40,702 nt of DNA from Selaginella moellendorffii (lineage: Eukaryota > Plantae > Lycopodiophyta): the NCBI RefSeq assembly GCF_000143415.4, contig NW_003314277.1, positions 2,429,955 to 2,470,656 on the forward strand, read 5' to 3'. The translations under genes were made by a program, and so were the position numbers. This document shows positions 1 to 13,110 of this stretch, piece after piece. Every line of letters begins with the position of its first letter. The first letter of the stretch is position 1. Below the pieces are notes generated by a model that was not told the origin of the DNA, made no database searches, and was given only the letters and a program-made list of their open reading frames with translations.

Positions 1-165
1 GAGATACTCTCGTTCTGTCCACAGCATTTGCCAAAGTTCATGGTGCCAAAGAGCATCGTCATTCTCACGGCCTTGGACAAAACCGTGACTGGCAAGATCC
101 AAAAACAGGTGCTGTGCAGCAAAGCAAGAGCTCTTGGCAGCGAAGCTCTACAAGCCAACTATTGA
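1..165 (+). pseudogene. C-terminal fragment of an AMP-binding / acyl-activating enzyme (acyl-CoA synthetase family); may continue left of the window; intact versus captured status unknown
   Basis: Frame +1 reads EILSFCPQHLPKFMVPKSIVILTALDKTVTGKIQKQVLCSKARALG...Y*. This matches the 'LP.FMVPK....LPKT.TGKIQK..L' terminal motif of ANL/AAE enzymes. Confidence 0.65.
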
Positions 166-186
166 ACTTGTAAAGCTTGAAATCGT

Positions 187-800
187 TCACGGCCTGGAAA
201 ATCCCCAGTCTAGCTTGGCAATTTTAAACCGGTCAGCTACTGTTCCGTCTATTGTAATGTACTGGAATGAAAAATAAATAAATAACATGCAAGAACCAAG
301 AACGCAATTCATCTACCTCAAACAGTAGCTTTGTCTTATCAGCTGTCACTCTTGCATATTCAAATGCTGACCTTCAAATCAAGCTCCATGAACTAAACTG
401 TCGACAAAAAAACATAGAAAAGGTAGAATATCAATACCATATAAAGAGCTTGAATATAGGAAACAAAACTGCAAGCTTACATTACAAGGGAAGTCATCCA
501 AGCTGAATTCGGCCATGCCAACCATGGCATGAACTGGAGCTGAGTAAATTGTAGTGTCAAAGAAATTGACGCCCATTAAATCCTTGATCGGGTGCTGCAG
601 GCAGCAGCCCTGAAACACAGCACAAGTTCGCTCGTAGCTGTGAACATGCCCCACACTGCTAAATCAACCTGTGCAAAAAAAATAAAATAAAAAATGACAG
701 TTCATTCTAGTTTTCCCTTTGAAGAGCTCGTGTTTTACCTTGTTTCTCAAGAGCAATGGTTCCACAGCTGCTACAAATTTCGGATCCACAGCACCATTTT
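187..800 (-). pseudogene. Purple acid phosphatase (nucleotide pyrophosphatase-type) 3' exons, disrupted
   Basis: Spliced exons read VDPKFVAAVEPLLLRNK / VDLAVWGHVHSYERTCAVFQ...APVHAMVGMAEFSL / FSSWSLI*RSAFEYARVTADKTKLLFE / YITIDGTVADRFKI. The GHVHxYERTC metallophosphoesterase motif is present; there is an in-frame TGA near 379; N-terminal exons are absent. Confidence 0.8.
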
Positions 801-960
801 CTTACCAGAAGAAAATATAATTTATAACTGGAGTACACTGAAAGAGAATTCTGCACATAATCCCACACATAGGGAAAGCAGGAGAGAGGGAGAACCTTGC
901 AGTCACCCATGGATTTGCCTGCTCTTTGCATAGCACCCTGTAGTTCTCCTTGCTCTTGTT

Positions 961-1066
961 CGCCCTAAAAGCCACAATTAAAAAAATTCTGATTTGAAAA
1001 GTTACGACCTTTTGTAATTATATCTCAGCCGTTAGATCTTGGCATATGCCCAGAATAAGTGTCATA
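961..1066 (-). mobile_element. 5'-subterminal segment of the non-autonomous Helitron family (unit D, truncated)
   Basis: cgccctaaaa...atctcagccgttagatcttggcatatgcccagaataagtgtc matches 7032-7133 and about 21561-21662, but lacks the terminal ~50 bp. Confidence 0.7.
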
Positions 1067-2674
1067 ACTTACGCTCTCCACATAGATTGTGCTCTCCACA
1101 TAAAATATTATTAAAGACCTGTAATTGATAGCATGTCCATCATGTTTCTCTTGTCTTTTTTTTTTCAACAGAAAATGAATTAGTTTTTTATAGTTTTTTT
1201 TTTCTATTTTCATACCTATAAGAACTCTTTCTTCATTGTGATTATCATTGTGTACATCTTTTAATAACGCTAACTGGGAAATAACCGCAAATGCAAGCAT
1301 GTTTTTTAGCATAAGGTAGAGCTCTTAAATAACGTTAATATCTTCAGGTTGATAATTGCGACAGTCTAAAAGCATCAACTGAATTCCATTTATAGAAGAA
1401 TCCAGACTTCACTCAATAATCAGAGTTTTAATTGTGATATAATGTTATGAGTTATATTTATTATGTGATAGAGTCAATTGTAGAAGAGATTTTTTATATA
1501 AATATTATATTAAGTTTAACTATGTATGATATTATTATGATTATGTTAAAAATANNNNNNNNNNNNNNNNNNNNNNNNNNNNNNNNNNNNNNNNNNNNNN
1601 NNNNNNNNNNNNNNNNNNNNNNNNNNNNNNNNNNNNNNNNNNNNNNNNNNNNNNNNNNNNNNNNNNNNNNNNNNNNNNNNNNNNNNNNNNNNNNNNNNNN
1701 NNNNNNNNNNNNNNNNNNNNNNNNNNNNNNNNNNNNNNNNNNNNNNNNNNNNNNNNNNNNNNNNNNNNNNNNNNNNNNNNNNNNNNNNNNNNNNNNNNNN
1801 NNNNNNNNNNNNNNNNNNNNNNNNNNNNNNNNNNNNNNNNNNNNNNNNNNNNNNNNNNNNNNNNNNNNNNNNNNNNNNNNNNNNNNNNNNNNNNNNNNNN
1901 NNNNNNNNNNNNNNNNNNNNNNNNNNNNNNNNNNNNNNNNNNNNNNNNTCATTTCAGATTGAAAGTTTTGGAATTGCATGATAATAAGTGAAAGATGTTA
2001 TCTTTATCTGTTATATTTTCTTTTATAAAATTATAATATTTTACATATTTATCATTGATATTCCCTTTTTACCTAATATTTATATTCATGCATTTTAAGA
2101 GTAATATTTAAAATATAAAGTATTATATTATATATCATAAACATTATTTCTGTAGTTATTTTTATAAATCTGAAATAAGATTATTATCTCCCTATATTCA
2201 TGTATTTATATTTAAAATTAAGGCTTTATAACACTGTTATGAATGCTGAAATTTTATGATGATAAATGCATGGTAATGTTTTACTCTATACTGGGGTAGA
2301 GTAGGGTTTGATGATATATAAACTTTTCTTTATGCTAGAACTATAATATATCAGAAAATTCATGAATGGTATATAGAAGGTTTAATATAATATAATTAAA
2401 TTTCTTTATGTACTAATGTTGTCTCAATCATATTTATACCTTATTATGTTTTTCATGTATAAATGCAATGTAGAATAAAGTGGTAGAAAATTTATGATAT
2501 TATATAAATCTTAGGCTACATCTTAGCCAATTGAAATCTCAATATGTTTAATTTCATTTATATTTATATTAATAAATAACATAAGATTACTAATAAGAAA
2601 ATATTTTAATAATAAGAGATAAATAATAAGAGGCAGGCAGTGCTAGGAATTGCAAGAGCAAGAGGAGGGTTGTC

Positions 2675-3003
2675 ATGGTCAAGAGCAAATCAACACCAAG
2701 AAAGCTAGGGCAAAGATCATGTGCGAATCAGTGAAACAGACTGGCCCAATAGTTCATGAAGAATTCTATGAAGAATTGCTGTAGATTAGACTTTATAGAA
2801 TATAAGTAATATTAGTCTATGAAAAAATTGTTATTAGTATTTGAAAAGACCAGTTTGACATAAAAGGATCAAAATCATCAGGTTCCAACTATCATGCATG
2901 CAAAGTGTTCCATCAAAGGAGAAATAGGCTGCTGAGGACTACCTTGTCCAACTCTTTGAAGCCATCAATTTATGTGCCCTTCATGGCAAAAGAGTCACAA
3001 TAA
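2675..3003 (+). pseudogene. Histone H3-fold fragment, CENH3-like, degenerate
   Basis: 2928-3003 reads AAEDYLVQLFEAINLCALHGKRVTI, preceded by an AG acceptor and followed by gtaag. A decayed N-terminus MVKSKSTPRK starts at 2675. 'AAEDYL' is typical of plant CENH3, whereas canonical H3 has AAEAYL. Confidence 0.65.
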
Positions 3004-5419
3004 GTAAGTATTCAAATAACACATACAAAAAGATTATAGAATTTATCAGCCAGCTTGAAAATTATACATTTACCCTGTCGGCTTAGAGGAACCTTGGAGC
3101 ATTTCATTTGATACTACATTTCTTTTTCTTGCAAGTTCACTTAGAGTTTACCATGCAGCTTATACTTATTGATTAGAATCCTCAAATTTTCTTAGAAAAT
3201 TGCTGCTACTTTCAGGCATAAATCACTGTTAATTTCAGGAATCCTCAACCACATATTTTTGGGAAATTAAATTTAGTATTGGCAAAAGATCTTACCTGGA
3301 AAGAGATGTAATTAAAAGCAAAAGTAAAATAACATAAGATTACTAATAAGAAAATATTTTACACAACAGATATCTAGAACTATTAACTCTTCTATTTTAA
3401 GTTATAAAATATCATATTTTTATAGAAACTATTTTATTTATATTATAAATTAGATATTTTTCTTTATTGTATTTAGTATTTTTGAAATTTATTTAAACTT
3501 ATTCTCTAAAATTACATTATATTGTTATTTTAGATTTTTTTTCCATATTTGTATTCGATATCCTCTCCCTTCAAAATATCATACTTTTTAGAAGTACTAT
3601 CTAAAAGTTAAAGTATTATATTTTATGTCATTAAGATTCTTTCTGTATGTGTTTTTATATAGAGAGAATGCGAAAATGAATTAAGATTATTATCTTTATG
3701 TTTAGTTTTATTTTTATATAAATTTACAATGAGGCTAAAATCTTTCAATGAAAGGTAACTTTTTATCCTGATATTATGGTATTGATGATTCATAATATTG
3801 TTTTTTCCTAAAACCATAACATATCAGAAAATGAAAAAATGGTCCATAGATTGCTTTATTAACAATAAATTTTAAGTGATGATGAATCACATTTTTTAAG
3901 ATGGTAGCCTTTTGTATTGTGTCTAATGTTGTCTCAATGATATTATATTTATCTGTTTTCCACGTATCAATGCACAAATTATTAGTGTAAATAACAGACT
4001 TATTACATATTCATCAATGAATCTACTCATATTGAGTTGTCTATGAGCTCAGATATAGTCTCATATTTATGCAATATCATAAAGTTATAAATCATAAGAT
4101 TATGATAAAAGTATAACTTATTTACAAGATATAATAGCTGGAGCTATTCAACTCTTCTATTTTAAGTTATAAAATATATCATTTCTATAGTCACTAATTT
4201 ATTTACTTTTAACTTTATAGTATATCTTTTATTGTGTGTACTATATACCATCTTTGTAATAAAAATTATGTTTAATTTTAATAATGTAGTATTTAATTAA
4301 TTAGATACTCTTTGTTCTATAAATTTTTTGTTCTAGAAAAAAGAGTATTTCATTGATTTGAGACTATATTTTTAAACATATTGAACATATTTTTTGTTTT
4401 AAAAATATCGTATATAGTAGACATAATAAAAAAACTCATCAATGAATACCATCTTTCTACAACTAAATGTTTAAAATCATTTGAACCTAGTGCATTATAT
4501 CATCTTGGATCAGTTGTCCAATTTCCTTTTATATGTATTACAATATCACTTATGCCTCCTTGAATATTTGTTGAATTTAACTCCAGAGAATACAAAAAAG
4601 AAAAACGCAAGCAAATGAAGTTAGTAATGGTGAAAAGGAAATAGGAACTTACTGCTGGCATTTTCTTTTAAGCCACTCGAACTTTCTTCATGCCCAAGTC
4701 GTTCTCAAGGCCAGGAGCACTCTTTTTTACACCACTCCTTCACAGCTTGTCGATCTTAATGCTGCAATTGTTGGCAAATCCATGGGTGTTGCCAGTTGGC
4801 GGAACATCTCCAGTTTCACATATTCTGCAAGCATTGTTTTTGCCCATATTACTTTCCAAACAAATCTCCACATTAGTGGTAAAAGGTATGAGTGCTTGAT
4901 TTCCAGTAGCATTTGCTACAATTACATCCCCTTCTAAAATGGCATCCACAGTTTTCTGCTTTCTTTTGCAGCCCATTTCCAGCTAGTTATTTCAATTTGT
5001 ATAATGCAAAGTAGAATATCTTTGGTAGGTGTTAGTTCTGTTTAGATCATCATGCAACGATACAGTTTCTTATCGATAAGTTTTTTTGGTTTTTTTTTCT
5101 GCTTTGTATTCAAGCAAACATAGCAATAGCACAATAGAATAGAGATTCTTGTATGTGCAGGTCACTCTTCTGAACTGTTTTCTTCTTGCACGCTTCCTTT
5201 TGAATGTTTTAAGTGTTTTTAGGATCGTGATCTGGAACGACATATAAGACATTTTGTTTTTTACCTAAAACCTTTACGAGAGAGAGCAAAATACTAAATA
5301 AAATCAAACACGGAAATCATTTCTATGCCCTGATTTAATATACAAATATCATGTACCGAATCAAACCAAGCTCATGGCTTCAAAGTTGTGTCTATAAACA
5401 CGTACATACACAACAGTTT

Positions 5420-5730
5420 ATTTAATGCTGTCTTATTACTTCAGAAATGGCTTTTTTGAAAACAGTTCATGGCTTTGTCTGTAAGAAAGTAGAGTAGGCT
5501 GCCATGTAGAGCTCCAATCCTTGTTCTCCACCACCTCAGCTGCCATGTACTTTGCTGTGGTGATATCTCCTAAAGGTGCTGATCACCACTTTGTCGCGCA
5601 TGTTTAGCTTAGAAAGAGTGTTGTCGAGCTTGAGATCCTGGTGAACCACACCCCTCTATTTGAAGGTCTTTACCAGCTGCTTGATGATTCTGGCTACTTT
5701 CTCCTCACCAATCTTCTCGCAAACATGCTA
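5420..5730 (-). pseudogene. Ser/Thr protein kinase catalytic-domain remnant
   Basis: Reads EEKVARIIKQLV..*RGVVHQDLKLDN...TAKYMAAEVV, a degenerate HRDLKxxN and YMAPE, with stops and frameshifts. Confidence 0.6.
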
Positions 5731-5829
5731 TATTTAAAAGACCAAATAATTATGGAATAACGCCTTAAGAAAGGAAGGCAATATTTCCACCAACGAACGT
5801 AACCACTCGAGGAAAAATGCCCGTGCCCT

Positions 5830-5925
5830 GTGCAAAAGGAGACTCGGACAACACCACAAAGTCAGCAAACTTTCTTTGTGTTAGCGACCCAACCAAATCC
5901 TCCAATGCAGCTGCATACACACAGT
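5830..5925 (-). pseudogene. Amidohydrolase-3 (LAF3/YtcJ-like) C-terminal fragment
   Basis: Reads YAAALEDLVGSLTQRKFADFVVLSESPF, matching the 'GSL.PGK.ADFVVL' end motif of this family. Confidence 0.55.
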
Positions 5926-6067
5926 TTGGTCTTTACTACGGCCTTTTGGACGTCTTGTGGTTTCCTCCTGTGATGTTTTCCTTCTTGGCGTTAGAGAGTA
6001 ACTGAGGATCAAACGAAACAGACCTTGCCATGTAAGATTGCGCTGCCTGAGCAAAGCCAAGCTTGTA

Positions 6068-6880
6068 CTAGAAGAGCAGCCCACGGAAGAGTTTCCCATT
6101 GATGGAGGCTTCTAGCGTGTATCCGTAGTTGAATACGTCGCTTTCTCTAGCTTCAAACATCTTCTCGCCTAGCAGCTGAACGTGAGCTTGAAACTCTGTA
6201 GCATGAGTTTGACAGGGAAAAATTGGAGAGGTCCAAGGTTTTCCGCAGATACCTCCGTGAGATGAAACCAAGCTCTTCTCCGCATCCTGTTGCTTGTCTA
6301 GCACGAATGGCGTGGCACGATACTTTTGCCGCCTTCTCTTAAGTTCCTTATGCATGGATAGCTTTGGTTCTGATGGATCTTTCTCCCTCAGCATCTCTTC
6401 ACAGAAAAACAGCAACCATATTGTCAAGAATGGCAGCAATGTCAATAAAAGGGAAATACATGTCATCCAGAGCTTCAAGCTCTTCGTTACATCCCTCATA
6501 GAAGAATAATATGCCTCACTCTTCGTCCACGGAATCTCCTGCAAGGGAGAAACGTGGAGAAGGCCCAGGACCAGAGGGATTCGAAGTCGCCCAAACACCA
6601 GTCGCTACAAAATACGTAAAAGCCCCATGAGAGACCAACAGGAAACAAATCTACCTACAAGCGAAATACTTTCCATGGCTGATTGTTGTGTGCCCGGCTC
6701 CTAGCATCAGCTCGGCACCAATCGTCTTTACCTCCCACCATGCCATTGTTTCTGGATTACCACTGTCCTCGCCACCCATGACAACGAAACAGTTCTTATA
6801 GGAAGAGCAGGTATGGCTATCCCAAGGAATAGGCGAGACTCCAGTGGTAGAAATCTTCTTCCAGACAAAAGTATCTACAG
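6068..6880 (-). pseudogene. Plant kelch-repeat protein, C-terminal fragment
   Basis: Kelch-like segments TFVWKKISTTGVSPIPWDSHTCSSYKNCFVVMGGED, GAGHTT and GCNEELEALDDMY are present. The C-terminus reads EKMFEARESDVFNYGYTLEASINGKLFRGLLF. Frameshifts and stops are present. Confidence 0.7.
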
Positions 6881-7307
6881 GAAAAAAAAAGTTTAGAAGA
6901 AAACAAGGAAAGATAACAGAATATTACTCGTGTTCAAAACATGGAGGACGTTGTAGTACTCCTACTCTGAGGGATCGCTGGATTTCCCACATCCCCCATA
7001 CACGAATCGACGCTGTCTCCTTGTGGTCACGCGCCCTAAAAGACATTTGAAATTTTTTATGATCCCAAAAGTCAAGACTTTACATTGTTTAATCTCAGCC
7101 ATTAGATTTTGGCATATGCCTAGAATAAGTGTCCCCAGTATATGCTATTATTATACGGGCTTTTTCGTTTAAATATATGGGTACTAGCAGGGATCCCAGC
7201 TCCGCTAGGAGTAGTAGAGAATATTTTCAATTTGAAAAGATGTATTTGTAACTATAATTATTTAAACTATTTCTTTTTCTTAATTTGTTTTAGCATGTTT
7301 ATTTTTA

Positions 7308-8090
7308 TAAGTTGCTACCAAGACTTACAGCTTTGATTCCAATGTGTATTATACAGCTTTACCAGGTTTGCAATTCCTTCATGCCTTTTTAGTCATTTCT
7401 TTACTGCACTAACTGGTTTTTCTCATGACAAGTTTGAGCCACAAAATCACAGATATCATGTAGTGATGGTGGTAGTGACAGTTTAGTGACCCTTCTATGA
7501 AAGTTCTTAAGCACAATTCTTAGGAATGGAGCTCTACCTCAGCTTCATAGAAATTGCTTAATGAAAAAACAGCACTATAAAAAAAAAATTATAAACTAAA
7601 CAATGAAGAATCCGAGTAAGCATGTCAAGGAAAAGAAAAAGTACACATACCTCGAGTGGTCATTAGGGAGAGAGCAATAGGAGTGGCATGAAACTGGATT
7701 GGCGCTATGTAGCATTTAAAAAGCTGCAAAACAGAGGTGAGGCACCAAACACCAAGAAAAAGAAAAAAAAAAATGAAAAAATGATCATAAGAATCATAGA
7801 ACACAAGCAAGGTAAGCCAGAAACTTGCTTAGAAATCTCAGCCGGCCTAAACAACAAAGTTTCTTACCTTGTTACTATTACCAGTTGCTACTAAGACTTA
7901 CAGCTTTGATTCTAAGCTGTGCGTTCTGCAGCTTTTGTTTTTTTCTCATGACCACAAACATCATGCAGCGATGGAAGCAGTGACAGGTTGGTGACCCTTG
8001 TGCGGAAATCCACATTTGCAGTTAAGTTCTTAAGTGTTGTGTCATAACTCTCAGGAATGGAGCTCTACCTTGGCTGCATTTAAAACTAAA
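7308..8090 (+). repeat. Diverged direct duplication inside unit B (about 7308-7560 versus 7883-8090)
   Basis: Shared blocks gttgcta.aagacttacagctttgattc, ttttctcatgac, gtgaccctt, aagttcttaag and aggaatggagctctacct occur in the same order. Confidence 0.7.
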
Positions 8091-8829
8091 GAATGATTGA
8101 AATCAGCAAACAGAAGGAAGGTAAGCAAATTGTAAGTTGTAAATGATGTACCTGCAGACAAATCTTGCAGATGGTGTCCTCTTTTTAGTTGCACCAGTGC
8201 TGCACACACTTTTGATGAGCATACTACCAAACACAAAAGAGAGAAAAATAAATGAGGAAGAGCCAGAATTGCTTAGAACTCTCAGACAACTCAAGGAACA
8301 AAGTCCCTACCTTCAACCTGCTGCAACAAGAGCATGGGATTTCAGGATTCCCAGTCTCGTCTTTCTCCTGCCCACCACCATCACAAGGATCACTCCATAA
8401 AGCCTCCATCGATAAAATCCCAACAGGGCAAAAATAGAATCTACTGAACATGAAAAAACAGGTTTTGAGCTGGTTCCATTCTTATAGAAATGGGACTCGC
8501 CCAACCAGTGCTGAGTCTCTCAATGTCCGTGTGTGGAGAGCAAAGAACACAACCAGCACATCTTTAATTTCATGGCAGCCAGGAGCCTTGTGCCATGGAA
8601 CTTACAGCTGGGTAGGAGAAGGAGAACTCTGACTTGAGAAACTTTGCCATGGTCAGCAAGGGATGAGGAATTCTCACAGTCGACTTGGATGCATAACTCC
8701 ATGCAATATCAACAACATCGAGCGAGCATGACAAGGAAATTTTGTAAGTTGATCGAATAAATTCTGTATTGATTGAAATCAGCGAATATGAGGAAAGTAA
8801 GAAAATCAAAAAATTTAGTGCGGATGACA

Positions 8830-9830
8830 TTACCTGCTGACAAATCTCACAAATGGTGTTCCCTTATCCTTATTCCCAGTGGCTATATTGGGAACCAGGA
8901 ACTATTCCAAGCTGCAGTGCTCCTGGCCTCATGGAATAAAAAACGTTCTGGTTTCTTTTGAGCCCATCCTGCGTGAATCAAGCAGCTAGAGCTCCAGAAG
9001 ATTCTTCGAGTTGTAGAATTTGAATGAACTTGAACTTGTACTGAAGTTTTATACATAGAACAAGATGCACACTTCACAGGTAAAATGCCTTGCTTGCTGT
9101 GTCCTTAGTGTGCTACATCGCGACTTTTTTTGTCTTGGGATATCTGTGTAAGTGGTTCAATCCTGCTTATCAAGATTGCAAGCTCAATCTCTTCTTTATC
9201 ATGAGCTCGCTATCTCTTAGCATCTCTTTTTCTGCTATCTTCGTGCATCCTCAGGTAACGACGTTTTCTCTGTTGAGTATGAATGATTGTTTGTTTTTGT
9301 TCCAGCTGAATGGGCGCCTGCTACCTGCTCTACTGCATGTAACTATGCTACAATGCATTGTCAAGCGAGCCGTGAGACTACAATTGAATTAGAGTGGCCA
9401 CCATGCTTATCTCCGTGATATATTCTGTGGACTCTTTGACCACTTTTCTGTCTCTGCCAGCTCCTCCTCGCAAGGAAGGTAACATTAGAGCGACTTTGTG
9501 AGTTTTTCTACTCAATTCTTCTTCCAGAAGCTCCTTTGCAACCTTTGCTCTCAAGGAGAGATTTCAAAAACAGCAACAAACTAAGCAGCACTGGATCTGA
9601 GAACGACTTCCACGAAGCAAAGAAGCCGTCCCAGCACCGTCCTGTCACGTACATCTACTCATTCTTTTATATCTTGCGAGCATGTACTCGGCTATGTTGC
9701 TCACTGGACCGGAGACAAGGATGCTATCGACATTGGCTAGCCTTCAAAATGGGTCCAGATTGGCACAATGTGGTTCACAGCGGCACTATACATTTTATTG
9801 TTCATAGCTCCACTCATAGACTTCTTCTAA
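8830..9830 (+). pseudogene. SERINC/TMS (serine incorporator) membrane protein fragment
   Basis: Reads WFNPAYQDCKLNLFFIMSSL...HPQ|LNGRLLPA, then PVTYIYSFF, MYSAMLLTG and DIG*PSKWVQIGTMWFTAALY. These are plant SERINC motifs, with frameshifts and a stop. Confidence 0.75.
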
Positions 9831-12789
9831 GCGCATGTGAAGTAAGCTCGAGTTTATTGTAACGTAGTGTTGTAAATTTGGAGAAGAATTAAAAGTCTTT
9901 GGTTGGAAGCAAATTAAGAGTTTTCACCATGGGATCTAGTGTTGAAGATCGATTGTGAGAACTTTGGAGCGCCTGCATGGAAGAAAAGCAAACGAATGAG
10001 GAACAAAAACTGATCGAGTTTTTCTTTGTTTTTACCTTGTTCTCCTGCATAGATGGGGATCTCATACAGCTTTTGCCGCTAGAATCTCGTGCACATAATC
10101 ATCTTCAACCTGTGAGATCACACAGTCAGAACAAACGCGCGCCCTAAAAGGTGATAAAAGCTTATGTTTATGAGACGAATGGATCATACGGACAGTATGG
10201 TCGAAAGGCTACTTGCTGGTAATGCAGCGGTGGTGGCAGATGCTGAGGTTATGGAGGTGTCACAACCACAGCTGCTGCTGGTTCTTCACAGAACCTGTTG
10301 ATCAAAGATCATCCTCAATGACTTCTTTTCGGCTTTTTGGTCACCTCACAGAACAGTGATTGTCTAAAGAAGTATTTTTTTTTCTATTCCAGGATAGTCT
10401 CCAACATTCAGGAACTTCTCTTGTATTGTGTGGTCAATTTCTTGAGGTCCTTGCTTGGAATTTTGGAATTTTGGGGCCATTTTTGTAGGTACCATACTTT
10501 ATCAAAATCCATAGTTTGAACTAAAGGCTTCCTTTGTGTGGAGCACTGTCTTGAAGATCATGGGTATAGGGATATTCCCATATATCAAGTCTTGGTAAAT
10601 CACCATTTCCCTTGTCCAGAAGTCCCAAATCCAACACCTCTGGAAGTCTTTTGTGAATTTTATTTTTATGCATATATTTTATAAAGGTGGGAATATATTG
10701 ATATTGTAAGTGGACTTAGAATGTTTAAGAAAATCATGTAAAATTCTTTTTGAACTTGACCTAAAATATAAGATTAATATAAAATAAATAGATTATAATA
10801 CTATAGAATGAAATATAGAAAGAACATATAACATACATACATATAACATGGATTTTGTGGAAAATGCTAATATTGAAGACTAAAAATGATTTATAACATT
10901 ATTCCTATTTATAAAGATATTAAAAATAATGATATTCTAAGATATCCTCAAGAATTTTTTGTTTCATTATATTTTTATATATATATTCTCTATTTTTATT
11001 ATTATCATTATATTGTAAAATAGTGATTATTAGTGATATTATTAGCATTTTCTGAACACTATAGTGGTGAGTGATATAATGGAGTTTCTTTGTTTAAAAG
11101 AAGAAGTAAACTTGTATTGTCATAGAAGGGTCAAAATATCATCATGTGTGACAAAATTCCATATTTTTTGTTACTGCTCTAATCCCAATTTCCAATGCAT
11201 GCCATTAATTTTACTGCAATAGTAATATAACTATTCAGTAGCTACGTTATTAATAATTAAAAAGCTGTATTATTTGAAATTTTTAAATTTTTTTTACATC
11301 ATCATTTAAATTTATCATGGGAGGACCCTAGCATAAATTCTAACTTTTATTTTTTTAAGCTATCTGCTATTTGTATGACATGTGGTTTCTCCTTTTTCTC
11401 TACTATTTTTAATTTTTATCGTGCTCATTGAACAGCCCAAGATTTAACACCCTTTCAGCTGTTGAATCTGTGATAATAACAAATACAACTCAAAAACAAA
11501 ATCAGTCTATGCTATCAAGTTTTTACCCAAGGAACTTCATGTGCTTGGATGTACCAGAAAGGACTCCTTAGCTTATGGAACTGAAGAAGGTAGCTCGAGT
11601 TTTTCTTTCATCTCTGAGAAGAAGCTAACAAAGCTTTTGCTTGTAGTAACCTGAGCATAGATGGTGAAAACTGGTGGCAAGGCCATGCACATGCTTACTC
11701 AATTCCCAGCCAAGGCACTCTTAAAAGGATTGATTCACCAGGTTTAATATTTGTAGCATCACAAGTCTCCCTGCAAGCTGACTTGGTCACTCAGAGAAAC
11801 TGAGAGACAGTCTACTTCGTGATTGAGTTGAAGGAACTCAAGTTGGTTGTTTGGTTGTTGTTGCTGTTTGTGGGATTGAAACACCAGAGGATCTTCTCAT
11901 AGATTGCCTAGGACATGAATGCATCCTTGCCAACACTGATTTTCAGGGGTTGTTCATGTAAGTAGTACTCATTTCTTACAAGTTTGATACTATGCAGGTT
12001 AGGTCATTTGTCTGACACAGCAAGGCGTGAATTTCATCGTTAGCATGTAGCTCTAGATCATAAAAAAAAATTGGTTTTTTTACTTCCATACTTGGTCCCG
12101 GTGGGAGTGTGAAAGCTTTTCTCTCAGATTTACCAGACACTTGCTGGGCAGGAATGATGGTACATATGCATGAGTTTTTCCTCTAGTGTTTTTCAATCTC
12201 TTTCTCTTTCTTGAGCAACTATGGCAATGCTTTCCAAAACTTATACACATATGGCGGATACAGCATTCTTCCCTGCATTGATGCTGTTATTGCCTACATC
12301 TCTGAAGATAACAGCACATAGATGATAATTTGGTAACATCACTTGATATCAAATCAAAATCTGGATTTGATCATTTGTAATCTGGATCTATAATACAGCA
12401 CACTTAGGGATGGACGGTTGCCTGTGAAAGTCTGCAAGAACAAGGTAACTGTAGAGCTGCAAGGAATGAACCTTCAGGAACTTACTCTATGAAGAATCTA
12501 ATAATCCAGAACACCTTCTGCTCAAGGTTCCTCGGGGATATGAAGAAAGAAACATTTAGACTGCGAGAGATTCCTTAATGACCTTGCCATAAGCAAACAC
12601 GTCTGCTTGGGCATATAAACTCGTTGGTTGTTATGACAATTTACTGACAATCTCATCTGAATGAATCGTCAGCCTGTGGTAACGAGAGTAATAACAAACT
12701 TACTTCTCAAAATCACTGATTGCTGTCTTTTGATGATTCCAATGAAGTCGCACAGAACAACTTGATGTTTGTTACTATCTGAAAGTACT

Positions 12790-13110
12790 GAGCTCTCCTT
12801 CACCAAGGCGCAAAAACGCAGAAAAGCGAGAGTGTTGAGGCTGATATCGTCACTAAACTTGTTTTCTTATGAACGCAAGAATGCCATTCACAGTCTGTGA
12901 ATATTGTGTTCTTGGTTTCAGTAATGTGTTGAAAGTTATTTCTGGCAACTTTCTCCACCAGTTCAAATGCAAGATGCATAATGCCGCTATCTCTATCTGT
13001 TGCAGCAGTAATAAAAATCTGTAATTGATAAAGCATTGATACCTTGTCCAAAATTACTCAAAACTTTGTTACCATAACCATAATTTTCCAGCCAGATTTT
13101 ACGTTGCCAA
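12790..13110 (-). pseudogene. BIG-type Sec7 ARF-GEF fragment (HDS region); further decayed exons may extend toward ~11500
   Basis: Reads NVKSGWKIM...IFITAATDRDSGIMHLAFELVEKVARNNFQHITETKNTIFTDC...SLNTLAFLRFCA, matching the BIG1-5 consensus NVKSGWK/AFE/FTDCV/SLNAIAFLRFCA. Confidence 0.8.

Larger units (their letters stand above)
1949..7183 (-). mobile_element. Non-autonomous Helitron, unit C (3' end presumably in the gap 1555-1948)
   Basis: The 5' end reads TACCCATATATTTAAACG from 7183 on the minus strand and is about 155 bp homologous to 21555-21712. The AT-rich body at 1949-2600 and 5020-5290 is homologous to 15585-16700 and 16970-17230 of unit A. Confidence 0.75.

Noticed and set aside
1447-1979. 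Long ORFs spanning N runs (also 14310-15133, 17268-17555, 36658-37210)
   Set aside because: Artefacts of translating assembly gaps.
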